Shown piece after piece: positions 45,857 to 56,256 of a stretch of 64,000 bases of DNA. A model generated the notes under the pieces. The model was not told where the DNA came from and searched no databases. It was given only the letters and a program-made list of their open reading frames with translations. Source of the DNA: Chloroflexota bacterium (GTDB lineage Bacteria; Chloroflexota; Anaerolineae; B4-G1; DUEL01); contig JADBJJ010000027.1 in the NCBI GenBank assembly GCA_014874475.1, positions 95,793-159,792 of the forward strand, given 5' to 3'. The position numbers and the translations under genes were made by a program. Within the stretch, counting starts at the first letter, position 1. Each line of letters opens with the position of its first letter.

Positions 45857-46914
45857 GATGAGGGCAAATCCACCGTGGCCCCTAGTTCAGCAGATAGTTC
45901 CTTTAACTCCTTTAATGCTTTGACCGGTACAGGAACGCCGGATTGCCGGTACTCGCGCTCCTTGAGCCATTCAATCTCCCCAGGTAGGTAGATGCGATCC
46001 ACGCCCGGAGCGCGCGGAGAATGGCGAATGACGTCAATCAGCGATGCCATGTCGTTCGTGTACTCCGTCCAGTCACTGAACGCCGCGATGTCCACCGCCT
46101 GCATTACGAAACCAACCGACGCGCGACGACTCAGGTCATGGAGCGAGGCCAGATATATGCTGTAATCCGATCCGGTCAACACCCCGGCCAGGGCATCTAC
46201 CACCAGTGCCAAGCCGTACCCCTTCGGCCCACCGATAGGCAGTAGAGTCCCTTCCAGGGCGGCTTCCGGGTCTTCGGTGGGGCGCCCTTCGGCATCCAGG
46301 GCCCATCCCAGGGGAATCCGTTCGCCCTGGCTGGCAGCAGAGCGAATCTTCCCCCGCGCCACGATGGACGCCGCCATGTCCAGGACAATATCCACCTCCT
46401 GACCCGTGGGGATAGCCACGCTGATCGGATTTGTACCGAGCACGGCGGTGGCACCGCCCCAGGCGGCCATACTGGGCGCCGCGTTGGTGGCCGCGATCCC
46501 GATCATCTGGTGGGGTAAGGCCATCATGGTGTAGTACGCGGCGATCCCAAAGTGATTCGCGTTCCGTACGGCGACGACTCCCACCCCCCACTGGCGCGCC
46601 CGCTCAATGGCATGATTCATCGCGTACGCACCGGCTACCTGCCCGAATCCTCCCTGCGCGTCCAGCAGAACGGTGGCGCCCCGCTCCCGAACGACCCGGA
46701 GTCGGGTATCGGCCGTCATCAGTCCAGCCTGTACCCGGTGGACATAGGCCGGCAGCCGGAGCACTCCGTGGGAGCCCACACCGCGCAGGTCGGCCTTGAC
46801 GGTAGCCTCCGCGATAATCCTGGCCTGGTCCTCTGGCACACCGACTTTCTGCAATATCCGCTCGCACGCTTCTAAAAGAACATCCGCAGCGACGAGAATT
46901 ATGTTCCCTGCCAT
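45853..46914 (-). CDS. Ldh_2 family oxidoreductase (malate/L-lactate/ureidoglycolate dehydrogenase type).
   Basis: 'LRGVGSHGVLRLPAYV' is the motif. GAGAGGA lies before ATG 46914. Confidence 0.6.
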   Translation of the reverse strand: MAGNIILVAADVLLEACERILQKVGVPEDQARIIAEATVKADLRGVGSHGVLRLPAYVHRVQAGLMTADTRLRVVRERGATVLLDAQGGFGQVAGAYAMNHAIERARQWGVGVVAVRNANHFGIAAYYTMMALPHQMIGIAATNAAPSMAAWGGATAVLGTNPISVAIPTGQEVDIVLDMAASIVARGKIRSAASQGERIPLGWALDAEGRPTEDPEAALEGTLLPIGGPKGYGLALVVDALAGVLTGSDYSIYLASLHDLSRRASVGFVMQAVDIAAFSDWTEYTNDMASLIDVIRHSPRAPGVDRIYLPGEIEWLKEREYRQSGVPVPVKALKELKELSAELGATVDLPSS

Positions 46915-46927
46915 TTTAACCGTCCTC

Positions 46928-48640
46928 TCAGAGGGCCGAGAATATCTCGTCCAGTTCAGCGTCCGGCACATCAAAGACGGTGTTGTGGGGTGGGAGCGGC
47001 TCTCGCCTCATATACTCCGGTATCCGGGCATCCGCCGATGTGAGGCCAGCCTGCCGGTTGAATTCCAGTTCCATTTTCAGCACCGTCTTCTTGTACTCCT
47101 GGAGGTCTGCCACTGTCCACCCCCAGCCGAAGCGGCCGTTAATCAGGTCCACCATCAACTGAGGGTCGCTGAACACCGGCGGCCTGGCGAACAGGCACAA
47201 TCCCGTACTATCCAGGGAGATGACGTCCAACTGGAGCCGGAGCGATGCTTCACATTGTCCTGTGGCGGCCAGCGGATCTACCTTGTCCCTGACGCCGAAA
47301 GCGTTCCCTGCGGTATGGTCCGCGCCCATCGGCGACGTGGCGTAGGTCACTCCGTTGCCCTTGAGCGCGCGGGGGTCGTAGGCTGGCATAGCCTGCCCTT
47401 TGGCCGCAGGCACCCGGGAGATCCCCAGCACACGGCCTGCGACAACGGCTCCCTGTCCCAGCACCCGTCCCAAAACGCTGCCTGCTGCAATCTCGTTCAG
47501 GAGCGCCTCAAAACTGGCTGCATCACCAAAGCGGGCCAGGCCTGCCTCCGCCGCCACCCCCAGAGCGGCTCCGGTCTCAATGGAATCCAGACCCAGGTCG
47601 TTGCAGATGCGATTCAGACGGGCAACCTCATCCAGCGTCCCGATGCCCAGATTGGAGCCGAGCATCCCGATGGTCTCATATTGCAGGGTGGCTACGATGG
47701 GATTGCCGTCCGGGTCCACGAACTGGTTGCAGCAGGCGATAACACAGTTGGCCATGCACCTTGTGCCGACCTTGCCACCTCGCGCCAGCGCGGTTTCCCG
47801 TAGCCGCGGACCGGTCAGATTCTCTATCTTCTCAAACTGGCCTGCGCTGAAGTTGCGCGTGGGGAAAGCTCCCATCTCGTTGACGGCCTCAACGATGGCC
47901 GAGGTCCCATATAGGTGCATAGAGCCCTGGCGGCCCGTCCGGGGGTTCTCGGCCAGTTCGGTGGCGAAGCGGCGCGCTGCGGCGCGGAACAACTCGGGGT
48001 CAGCCAGAGGGGGCATCTCACCTCCCGAGGCGTCCAGCACAACGGCCTTCAGTCTCTTGCTGCCCATCAGCGCGCCCAGTCCGCCGCGCGCGGCCATCCG
48101 GCTGACTTGCTCTTCGTACCCGGTGCAGGCGATGGCAGCAGCGGTCATCCCCATCTCACCGGCCGGGCCGATGGAGATGACTGTGCAATGCTCCCCCCAC
48201 CGCTCCTGCGCCTTCGCAACCGTCGCGTACGTGCCCAGCCCGCGCCACTCATCGGCGGGGAGCAACTCCGCTCCCTGCCGGGATATATACAGCAGGTACA
48301 ACTTCCCATCTCTGGGCTGACCCTCCACCACCACGGCCTTGATGCCGAGGCGGATCAGGTGGGAGCCGGCGTCCCCACCGCAGTTGGCCTCTTTGACCCC
48401 GCCGGTCAGAGGGCTCTTGCCGCCGACGGAGAGTCTCGCCGAACTGGATAGATTCGTGCCGCCCAGGAGGCCGGGCGCCAGAATGAGTTTGTTATATGGG
48501 CCGAGAGGTTCGCACTGAGGTGGGACTTCTGTCAGCAATACCTTTGCGATCAGGGCGCGCCCCCCGAAGCGTTCGTACTCCGGGGGGACGGGCTCCCAGT
48601 TCAGTTCCAAACGATCCATGTTGACCCTCAAAATCTTCAT
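46928..48640 (-). CDS. Aldehyde:ferredoxin oxidoreductase (AOR family), second copy.
   Basis: 'MKILRVNMDRLELNWEPVP…' begins the product; it is colinear with the first AOR. Confidence 0.75.
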   Translation of the reverse strand: MKILRVNMDRLELNWEPVPPEYERFGGRALIAKVLLTEVPPQCEPLGPYNKLILAPGLLGGTNLSSSARLSVGGKSPLTGGVKEANCGGDAGSHLIRLGIKAVVVEGQPRDGKLYLLYISRQGAELLPADEWRGLGTYATVAKAQERWGEHCTVISIGPAGEMGMTAAAIACTGYEEQVSRMAARGGLGALMGSKRLKAVVLDASGGEMPPLADPELFRAAARRFATELAENPRTGRQGSMHLYGTSAIVEAVNEMGAFPTRNFSAGQFEKIENLTGPRLRETALARGGKVGTRCMANCVIACCNQFVDPDGNPIVATLQYETIGMLGSNLGIGTLDEVARLNRICNDLGLDSIETGAALGVAAEAGLARFGDAASFEALLNEIAAGSVLGRVLGQGAVVAGRVLGISRVPAAKGQAMPAYDPRALKGNGVTYATSPMGADHTAGNAFGVRDKVDPLAATGQCEASLRLQLDVISLDSTGLCLFARPPVFSDPQLMVDLINGRFGWGWTVADLQEYKKTVLKMELEFNRQAGLTSADARIPEYMRREPLPPHNTVFDVPDAELDEIFSAL

Positions 48641-48864
48641 GATGCCTCCGGTTGTGCAAAGTATCTGTTTGTTCTCGTGGTCGGAATGGTTTAAATTGGC
48701 TCGCTTCAGGCATCGCTTTCATTGCTCACAGCGGGAGACCTCCCGGGCAACGACTCCAGGCCTGACGGAGGTGAGGGTAGCCGTCTCGCAAAGGGTTACT
48801 GCACAACGTCCGCCACTCTCCCGTCTGCCAGAACGCGAGGGTCATCGGGCTGCAGAGCGCATAC

Positions 48865-49827
48865 TCATGGTGGGTAGGCGATGGTGTAGATATGTCTGCC
48901 GCCGCGAAGCGGCCCCTTGAGCACCGCCTCAATCTCTGCAGGGTCACGCATGGAGACTTTATCGGCTGGCGGCAGTTGCCCCGGCGGGAACCGCTCCAGA
49001 ATGTCGTTGATCAGCCGAACCATGTAGTCAAAGAGCGCGTTCAGGCCCGCCTCGGCCTTGGCCGGGTCTGCCAGCGAGGGCTTGCCGAGCACTCCTTCTG
49101 GCGTCATAATGACTTCCAGACCACCGAAGCCCACTTGCTCGTGGCCTTTGATCGGCGCGTGATAGACGTCGCCACCCTTATCCACGTGATCGGGAGGCAG
49201 AAACCCGTGGGGGGTCGTATCTACGGCCTTTTCCAGTTTGATCATCTCCGGGAACAGAGCCATTGAATAAGAGCACTCCGCTTCGTCGGCGTGACGGAAG
49301 GGGGTCTCAAACGGCCCGCCGTGCGCTTTGTCCTTCATGTAATCGTGGATCACCGTCGGCCAGTGCAGAGAAATCAACAGGCAGGGCACCTGGTATTTCT
49401 TGGCAAACTGATGAAGGGCCAGCGGAATGACCTCTTCCTGTCCGTGGCCGTTGAGGAGTATCTGTTTGCGGAAGCCCGCGTTCCAGAATCCGGCAATGAT
49501 AGCCCGCAGATAGGCAATGAACGTATCTTCCGGAATGATCACGGTGCCCGGCATGCCCAGGTGATTGTGCGGATGGGAACCGTACCACACCGGCTCGGCG
49601 ACAGTGCACCCGGTCGCCTGGGCCACCATTTCGGCCATCCGGGTCACCAGGAAGGTGTCCTCACCAAACGGCTGAGCGTCGCCGTGACATTCGGTGCTGC
49701 CTACAGGGATCAGGAGAATATCGTTGACTTTGAGCCGCTCTTCCACCTCGGCCTTGGTCATCGTCTGAAAATAAATACCCGTCGGCTTATCCATGTGGCC
49801 GCCTGAGGGTGGCAGTTTCCACTTCAT
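48865..49827 (-). CDS. Creatininase-family amidohydrolase.
   Basis: The creatinine-amidohydrolase fold is present ('LLIPVGSTECHG…' metal ligands). GAGGAGG lies before ATG 49827. Confidence 0.55.
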   Translation of the reverse strand: MKWKLPPSGGHMDKPTGIYFQTMTKAEVEERLKVNDILLIPVGSTECHGDAQPFGEDTFLVTRMAEMVAQATGCTVAEPVWYGSHPHNHLGMPGTVIIPEDTFIAYLRAIIAGFWNAGFRKQILLNGHGQEEVIPLALHQFAKKYQVPCLLISLHWPTVIHDYMKDKAHGGPFETPFRHADEAECSYSMALFPEMIKLEKAVDTTPHGFLPPDHVDKGGDVYHAPIKGHEQVGFGGLEVIMTPEGVLGKPSLADPAKAEAGLNALFDYMVRLINDILERFPPGQLPPADKVSMRDPAEIEAVLKGPLRGGRHIYTIAYPP

Positions 49828-49950
49828 ACGAGCCTCCTCGCGGGGTAATGTGCCAGGCACCTTCAAAGTGCCTGGCACGTTCCCGTTATGAAAAAAACCG
49901 TTCTCACTGGGGTGACTACACCGCCACAGCGAGCACCCGGATCGCCGTTG

Positions 49951-50865
49951 TTACGCGTGAGGGATCTTCAGATCTGGATCGCCTCGCTTCGTCTGCTTCG
50001 CCTCTGGGTAATACTTGCTCACCATCTCCACGACGATGGCTGCCTGCTCAGCCATACGCCGGCCATCGGCCGCGCTGGTGATTTGTCCGTGAGCGCTCAC
50101 TACCGAGTTGCCGGTCTTCAAGTGGACCGGTGCAGCCACGCGGGCAATCTCGGGGGCTTCGTAGACGCGAATGAAACCGCCCGACCCGGGTGGGTTGTCC
50201 GTGTGGACGTCAATGTGGGCCTTCACGGCTGCCCGCAGGGCAGCGATCATGGGAAGTTGGAGGTCCCGCACAGGGTTGATGCTATCGGCCCCCAGTTCCT
50301 CCAGCACCTTGAACGATGCCGGGTTGGAGTAGCCCATATGTGCTGAAGCCTTGAAGATGATGTCGCTCGGCAGGAAGCCGTCTCTGCGCATCCGCCCCAG
50401 GAGCCAGAGCAGACCCTCGTCGTAGACTACGAAGCCACGGCACCCGATGTCAATGCCGCGTCGGATATCCTCCACTGCGCGAATCAGTTGCTCCATCCCG
50501 CGCAGGCGGTAGCCAATCCGCATGCCCTGGGGAGATAGGGCGGTGGCGCTGGTGTCGTAGGTGGCCCGCGGTCCCACCGAGAGGAGCAACTCTGCACCGT
50601 ACTCGTGGCACAGGCGGCAGTACTCCTTCAATTCCTGGCGCGTGTGCCGGAAGATGCCATAAGTCTCCGTTACCCGGTTGACAGTGATGCCGAGTTTGTC
50701 GCTGGTCTCCAGCAGCGCGGCAACCGCTTCGGCCGAGTTCACCGTTGGCACCTCAATGCGGTAGACGGCCCCGTCGGGGAACCGGGCCTGGGACGTCGGG
50801 AGGTCCCACAGGTCCCCCTCTGGCAGACCCAATGTCTTGATATAACGCCGGATATCCTCAAACAC
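49951..50865 (-). CDS. Hypothetical protein (304 aa).
   Basis: It is an uninterrupted ORF in operon context with the creatininase and cupin genes. No diagnostic motif was recognised. Confidence 0.35.
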   Translation of the reverse strand: MFEDIRRYIKTLGLPEGDLWDLPTSQARFPDGAVYRIEVPTVNSAEAVAALLETSDKLGITVNRVTETYGIFRHTRQELKEYCRLCHEYGAELLLSVGPRATYDTSATALSPQGMRIGYRLRGMEQLIRAVEDIRRGIDIGCRGFVVYDEGLLWLLGRMRRDGFLPSDIIFKASAHMGYSNPASFKVLEELGADSINPVRDLQLPMIAALRAAVKAHIDVHTDNPPGSGGFIRVYEAPEIARVAAPVHLKTGNSVVSAHGQITSAADGRRMAEQAAIVVEMVSKYYPEAKQTKRGDPDLKIPHA

Positions 50866-50913
50866 CTTTTACCTCCTTTGGTGAGATTAATTTATGGTTG
50901 GATAACGAATTGG

Positions 50914-51276
50914 CTACTCATAGTGCTGTGGCAGGGGTGGGCAATAGACCCACACCAGTTTCAGTGGTTCGTCACCGATATTTTCCAGGCGATGCTTCTT
51001 GCCGGGCGGGGAGTAGATAGCCGTCTCCGGGCCGACCTCCCACTCCCCTTCTCCCTCAATCACCAGTCTGGCACGCCCACTGATAATGAACATGACCTCC
51101 TCGCAGTCCTCATGGACATGGTCCGGGATCATGCTCCCGACCGCGGTGACATTCAATCCCATAGAGACGTTCTGGGTGCCTACCGTCTTGGGAGCGAGGA
51201 GCAACTTGGACACTCGCTTGGGGATTCGCTCCTCCCCTTCCACATCGGCAGCGGCTACAAAAGGAACTTTATCCAT
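50914..51276 (-). CDS. Cupin-domain protein.
   Basis: 'HVHEDCEEVMFIISG…GKKHRLEN' are the cupin motifs. Confidence 0.6.
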   Translation of the reverse strand: MDKVPFVAAADVEGEERIPKRVSKLLLAPKTVGTQNVSMGLNVTAVGSMIPDHVHEDCEEVMFIISGRARLVIEGEGEWEVGPETAIYSPPGKKHRLENIGDEPLKLVWVYCPPLPQHYE

Positions 51277-51348
51277 AACCCTTCATCCTCCTGATTGGGA
51301 ATGAGAACGCATACCCCACTGGCTTGCGCTCGAGATGGTGATTGCAAC

Positions 51349-52125
51349 TTACCGGCGCAGAACATGAGCGGAGAGCGCGCTCGCGGCCTCCATTAGGGCC
51401 TGGGCCATTTCAGAAACACGGTCCCAGGTCATCCGATACACAGGACCGGGTATGGCGAGCGTGGCGATAACGTTTCCAAAAACGTCGCGAACCGGCACGG
51501 CGACGGCCCGAATTCCGGGCTCAAACTCTCCGTCGTCAATGGCGTATCCTCGTTGGCGGATCGCTTCCAGTTCCTCCCGCAACCGGTCGACGCAGGTTAT
51601 CGTCTTCTCCGTACAGGCTTTTATGGGAACGTTCAGTAAAGGCCCAACGATCTCCGGCGGAAGAAAAGCCAGAAATATTCTACCGCTGGCCGTACAGTGG
51701 ATGGGCAGATAGGTGCCGACCCGGGTCGCCACGATCAGCGCATGGTCACCGTATATAACCTCAATGGATAGCACCTGGCCCTGGTCAAAGATACCCAGGT
51801 CGCACGTTTCCTCAAAGCGGTTCACCAACTGCTCCATATACGGACGGGCAACCCGGGGAAGGTCCAGATGACGCAGCGCCCTCAGCCCCAGATTCACCAT
51901 GCGCACTCCCAGGCGGAACTTCTCTCCCTCCGCTGTACGCTCCAGCAGGCCATGCTGGAGCAGGGTCATAATGATGCGATGGACGGTTGCCTTGTGCAGG
52001 CCCGTGGCCTGTGCGATCTCAGTCACTCCCCGTTCGGGATGTCCGTCGTCAAAGGACATCAGAATCTGGATCGCCCGTTCTACAGCCCGAACGTTATATT
52101 GGTCCAGGTCCGGTTCCTTGTTCAT
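51349..52125 (-). CDS. IclR-family transcriptional regulator.
   Basis: The N-terminal HTH is 'VERAIQILMSF…GVTEIAQATGLHKATVHRIIMTL', followed by an IclR effector domain. Confidence 0.7.
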   Translation of the reverse strand: MNKEPDLDQYNVRAVERAIQILMSFDDGHPERGVTEIAQATGLHKATVHRIIMTLLQHGLLERTAEGEKFRLGVRMVNLGLRALRHLDLPRVARPYMEQLVNRFEETCDLGIFDQGQVLSIEVIYGDHALIVATRVGTYLPIHCTASGRIFLAFLPPEIVGPLLNVPIKACTEKTITCVDRLREELEAIRQRGYAIDDGEFEPGIRAVAVPVRDVFGNVIATLAIPGPVYRMTWDRVSEMAQALMEAASALSAHVLRR

Positions 52126-52247
52126 CTGCAGACCCTATTTGCTGGAGGATGGCCGGCGCTCCGGCTTCTGGCTCGGGGGTCGGTAGACCGGCCGCGCCGG
52201 CCATAATTGTGTCGCAGCCCTCTACTTTGCCGAGAGCATCCCGCTGT

Positions 52248-53540
52248 TTACCGCTGGTCAAACGGGACTGCCGGGTAGGCCAGCGGCGCTGTGGCGTGCT
52301 CCGGCGGCCATACCAACTCCTGCTTGCCGTTCTGCCACTGGACCAGCGGGTTGAGGACGTTGCCTGTGCCATCCGTGTTGAAGTTGACCGGGCCAACCAC
52401 TGTCATCATTTGGATGGCAGCGATCGCGTCCCGGATCGCGTCCCGGTCCAACGTGCCGGCTTTCTCAATGCCCGCGGCGGCGATCTGCACGCAGGCGTAC
52501 GCAGGCCCCGTCAGCAGGTCAGCAGGCCGCCCGAACTGGGCCTGGTACTTGGCGTTGAGTTCATCTACCCCGGGGAAGTTCACCGCATAGTGCCACCCGG
52601 GGAAGATGGTGACATAGTCGCCGTTTTTACCCATCGTCTCTCCCCAAGCGACATTCTCGGGAGCCCGGATCATCAGGGTGAACTTGGGCGTCCATCCCAG
52701 TTCGGCCATCTGCTTGACCATCGTGATGCCGTCCGGAGGGCTGGGCACAGTGAGCAGTGTCTCCGCCCCTGCCTCCTTAGCCTTGAGGATCATGGCCGAC
52801 ATGTCCTCAGCTCTGGGGGCGTATGTCTCGTAGACAACCACCTCATACCCGTACTTGGGGGCGTTCTCCTTCCACAGATTGCCTAACTCTATGCCCCAGT
52901 CGGTGGTCTCTTGGAAGATGGCGACTTTGGTCGGCCGTTCGCCCTTAGGAATGGAGGCGTTGAGGATTTCAAAGACGTCCCTGGCCTGGGCAGGGGACTT
53001 GGGGAACGGAGAGAACAGGTACCGGTAGCCCTGCTGGTGAATGGAGTACAGAGCGAAAGCAATGCCGAGATAGGGGACCTTGTTCTTCTCTGCAACGGCC
53101 GCGGTCGCAGCGTGCATATCGCTAGCGGCACCGCCCAAGTAGACCACCACCTTCTGCTCGGCGTAGAGGGACTCCAGTTTGCTCACCGCCTTTGTCGGGT
53201 CGGATTCGTCGTCGTAGATGGTCAGGCGGATGGGGATCTTTTTGCCGTATTCGGCAACGTATACCCCACCCTGGGCATTGATGTCCGCCACAGCGATCTC
53301 ATACCCCGGCTTCACCATGGCACCGAGGGCACCGTACTTCCCGGTGAGGGGAATGGACGCGCCGAACTCAATGTACTCCGGGGCCGGCGGCGCCTGGGTG
53401 GGTGCCGCCGTGGGCGGAGCCTTTGTGGGCGCTACTGTGGGTGGGGCCTGGGTGGGCGTCGCTGTCTGGGGCCCGCAACTGACCACCAGTGCGCCGATCA
53501 AGAGTACGGTTATGACCACCACTGCTTTTCCGGTTCTCAT
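52248..53540 (-). CDS. ABC substrate-binding lipoprotein (Liv-type) with a Pro/Thr/Ala-rich linker.
   Basis: A lipobox (VVSCG) is followed by an (APPT)n linker and a type-I PBP fold. Confidence 0.7.
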   Translation of the reverse strand: MRTGKAVVVITVLLIGALVVSCGPQTATPTQAPPTVAPTKAPPTAAPTQAPPAPEYIEFGASIPLTGKYGALGAMVKPGYEIAVADINAQGGVYVAEYGKKIPIRLTIYDDESDPTKAVSKLESLYAEQKVVVYLGGAASDMHAATAAVAEKNKVPYLGIAFALYSIHQQGYRYLFSPFPKSPAQARDVFEILNASIPKGERPTKVAIFQETTDWGIELGNLWKENAPKYGYEVVVYETYAPRAEDMSAMILKAKEAGAETLLTVPSPPDGITMVKQMAELGWTPKFTLMIRAPENVAWGETMGKNGDYVTIFPGWHYAVNFPGVDELNAKYQAQFGRPADLLTGPAYACVQIAAAGIEKAGTLDRDAIRDAIAAIQMMTVVGPVNFNTDGTGNVLNPLVQWQNGKQELVWPPEHATAPLAYPAVPFDQR

Positions 53541-53612
53541 GGCTAGTCCTCCTTAACCTGCCTGTTGAGAGTGGTCTATAAACTACGAGCCTTGATTTAC
53601 ATATCCGTCACA

Positions 53613-54638
53613 TCATATCATTGGCACCTCCTTCCTTTCACTGGCTAATGAGTTGCCCGATAAATCACTCCCCTCGGCGGAGGGGGAAAGCACGATCTTC
53701 CCCGCCGGACGGTGGGTAAATACCCGGCGTATCCGCTCCCAGGCCTCAACCAGTCCACCAGGCAGGAAGAGCACAACCAGAAGGAACAGAACGCCAAATA
53801 TGATTAAATGGTACTCGCCCACCTTCATCACCAGCCACTCTTTAAGCAAGACAAAGAACACCGCGCCGATGACGGGGCCGTGAATCGTGCCCACGCCGCC
53901 AATGAAGGTCATTGTCACCGGCTCCAGGCTCCACGGAGGCGAGAAGGTGTAGTTGAAATAGTAACTCGTCTGATAATACGCGTAGGCTCCCCCGGTCAGG
54001 CCGCCCAGGAAGGCGCTGACTGCCAGGGCCAGCAACTTGTGCGCAAAGGCGTTGATGCCCAGCGATTCCGCCGCGTCCTCATTCTCCCGCACCGCTACCA
54101 TGCCCAGCCCTAGCCTGGATTTAACCAGCGCGTAGGCAACCCCAATGGTGAAAAGCGCCGAGGCCAGAATGATGTGATAGCGGGGGCCCAGTTGGTAGTT
54201 CTGGATGTCCGCGATAGGGAGATACGTAATTTTCGGGAGCACATTCCCAATGGTGATGTAGAGAATCTGCGAGAGCGCCAGCGTGCCAATAGTGAAATAA
54301 TCTCCCCTGAGCCGGAGCCTGAAGGCTGGAATCCCGATGAGCATGGAAAAGGCCACAGGCACAACGCATGCTGCCAGAAGGGCGAGGAAAAGAGGACGCC
54401 CACCGGTATATAGTATGCGCGCGACCAGGGTTCCCAGACCAAAGAACGCCGCATGGCCCAGATTGACCTGCCCGGTGTAGCCACCCAGAATGTTCCAACT
54501 GGAGGCCAGCATGGTGTAGATAAACATCAAGATCAGCAGGTTGAGCAGGCTATCTGACACCCCCATGCTGGGGACCAACCAGAGCGCCGCCACGCCAGCG
54601 ACAAGAAGGGCGAGAGAGATGCCTTTTTTCGCCGTCAT
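53613..54638 (-). CDS. livM: ABC permease (LivM-like).
   Basis: It is a polytopic membrane protein. Confidence 0.65.
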   Translation of the reverse strand: MTAKKGISLALLVAGVAALWLVPSMGVSDSLLNLLILMFIYTMLASSWNILGGYTGQVNLGHAAFFGLGTLVARILYTGGRPLFLALLAACVVPVAFSMLIGIPAFRLRLRGDYFTIGTLALSQILYITIGNVLPKITYLPIADIQNYQLGPRYHIILASALFTIGVAYALVKSRLGLGMVAVRENEDAAESLGINAFAHKLLALAVSAFLGGLTGGAYAYYQTSYYFNYTFSPPWSLEPVTMTFIGGVGTIHGPVIGAVFFVLLKEWLVMKVGEYHLIIFGVLFLLVVLFLPGGLVEAWERIRRVFTHRPAGKIVLSPSAEGSDLSGNSLASERKEVPMI

Positions 54639-54641
54639 GGA

Positions 54642-55520
54642 TTACCCCTCTTTTGCGCCGAATAGCCCCTGGGGCCTGATGAGCAGAACTAGAATAAAGA
54701 TGGCGAGGCCAATGACATGCCGATAGTTGCTGATCCAGATGGCGGCAGCCGACTCGGTCACACCCAGGATGAGGCCCCCGACCAGGGTTCCCGCGATGCT
54801 CCCTATACCTCCCATAACCAGCACGATCAAGGATTTGAGTGTCCAGTGCATCCCCATCACCGGTTCTACCGAATATCCCACGGCCACCAGAGTCCCTGCA
54901 GCCCCCGCCAGCGCAGCGCCCAGCACGAAGGATAGGCGGTAGATACCGTGTACGTTGATGCCCATCAGCGTGGCCGCCTCCCAGTCCTGCGCGGTCGCCC
55001 GGATGGCTTTGCCTATGTAGGTCCTCCGCAAGAACAGCTGAAGGGCGAGGAGGAAGACGAAAGCAATCACCAGGCTCGCTACCCGCACGTAGGGTAGGCG
55101 TACCCCAAGGACAGTGAATGTCGCTCCTGCATACGCAGTCGTAATGCCCCGATTGTCGGCGGTCCACAGGCGCAGGGCTATGTTCTGCAAAATCAGGCCC
55201 AACCCGAACCCAATGAGGAGGGAGTTCCTGATCTTGTCTTCCGTGGGGAGTTTAATCAGGCGGGAAAAGAACAGTTGATACATAATTAACCCGATCAGGA
55301 CCAGGGCGAACATGGACAGGGGAATTCCACCGAAGGGGTCTACGCCCAGTAGAGTGAAGAGCCAGAAACTGGCGTAGCCGCCCAACATCAGGAGTTCGCC
55401 GTGGGCCACGTTGAGGATTTTGGTGACCCCAAAGACCAGCGAAAGACCCACTGCCGCCAATCCGTACAGGGCACCGACCAGAATTCCAGAAACCAGGCTC
55501 TGGGCTACAGTTGTAGGCAT
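54642..55520 (-). CDS. livH: ABC permease (LivH-like).
   Basis: GTGAGGGG lies before ATG 55520. It is a polytopic membrane protein. Confidence 0.65.
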   Translation of the reverse strand: MPTTVAQSLVSGILVGALYGLAAVGLSLVFGVTKILNVAHGELLMLGGYASFWLFTLLGVDPFGGIPLSMFALVLIGLIMYQLFFSRLIKLPTEDKIRNSLLIGFGLGLILQNIALRLWTADNRGITTAYAGATFTVLGVRLPYVRVASLVIAFVFLLALQLFLRRTYIGKAIRATAQDWEAATLMGINVHGIYRLSFVLGAALAGAAGTLVAVGYSVEPVMGMHWTLKSLIVLVMGGIGSIAGTLVGGLILGVTESAAAIWISNYRHVIGLAIFILVLLIRPQGLFGAKEG

Positions 55521-55554
55521 AGAACCCCTCACTTTCTGAGATGTTTTCTTTGCT

Positions 55555-56256
55555 CTATCCCAGGTACGCGCTGCGCACGGATTCAAAGGACAGCAGGGCA
55601 TCGCCGCTGCCTTCTCCCACGATCCGGCCGTTCTCAATCACGTATGCCCGCTGCGCCAGTTCCAGAGCCGCCCGGACGTTTTGCTCAACCAGCAGGACGG
55701 CGACATCTTGCTGGTTAATCTCCTGGATCATTTCAAACATCTGTTCCACCAGTATCGGGGCCAGACCAAAAGAGGGCTCGTCCAGCAACAGAAGCCGGGG
55801 TTGGGCCATCAAGGCCCGGCCAATGGCCAGCATCTGCCGCTCGCCACCGCTCAAGGTGCCTGCTCGCTGGTTCTTGCGCTCCTCCAGGCGAGGGAAGAGT
55901 TGATACACCCATTTCATTCTTTGCTCTTTCTCTCTCCTGGCCCGGGCGGTGAAGGCCCCCAGTTCCAGATTCTCCTCCACGCTCATGCCGGTGAATATTC
56001 GTCCCCCTTCCGGTACCTGGGATATACCCATCTCCACAATTCGGTGGGGTGGCTCTCTATCCAGAGAGCACCCGTAGAAACGGACAGACCCAGCAGTAGG
56101 TTTGAGCAACCCGCTGATAATCCGCAGGGTGGTCGTCTTACCGGCCCCGTTCGGGCCCACCAGTGCGACCAGTTCGCCCTCCCCGACCCGAAGGGAGATA
56201 CCCCAGAGAACCCGCAAATCCTTATAACCGGCGTACACGCCTTCCAGTTCAAGCAT
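55555..56256 (-). CDS. livF: ABC ATPase (LivF-like).
   Basis: Walker A is GPNGAGKTT. Confidence 0.7.
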   Translation of the reverse strand: MLELEGVYAGYKDLRVLWGISLRVGEGELVALVGPNGAGKTTTLRIISGLLKPTAGSVRFYGCSLDREPPHRIVEMGISQVPEGGRIFTGMSVEENLELGAFTARARREKEQRMKWVYQLFPRLEERKNQRAGTLSGGERQMLAIGRALMAQPRLLLLDEPSFGLAPILVEQMFEMIQEINQQDVAVLLVEQNVRAALELAQRAYVIENGRIVGEGSGDALLSFESVRSAYLG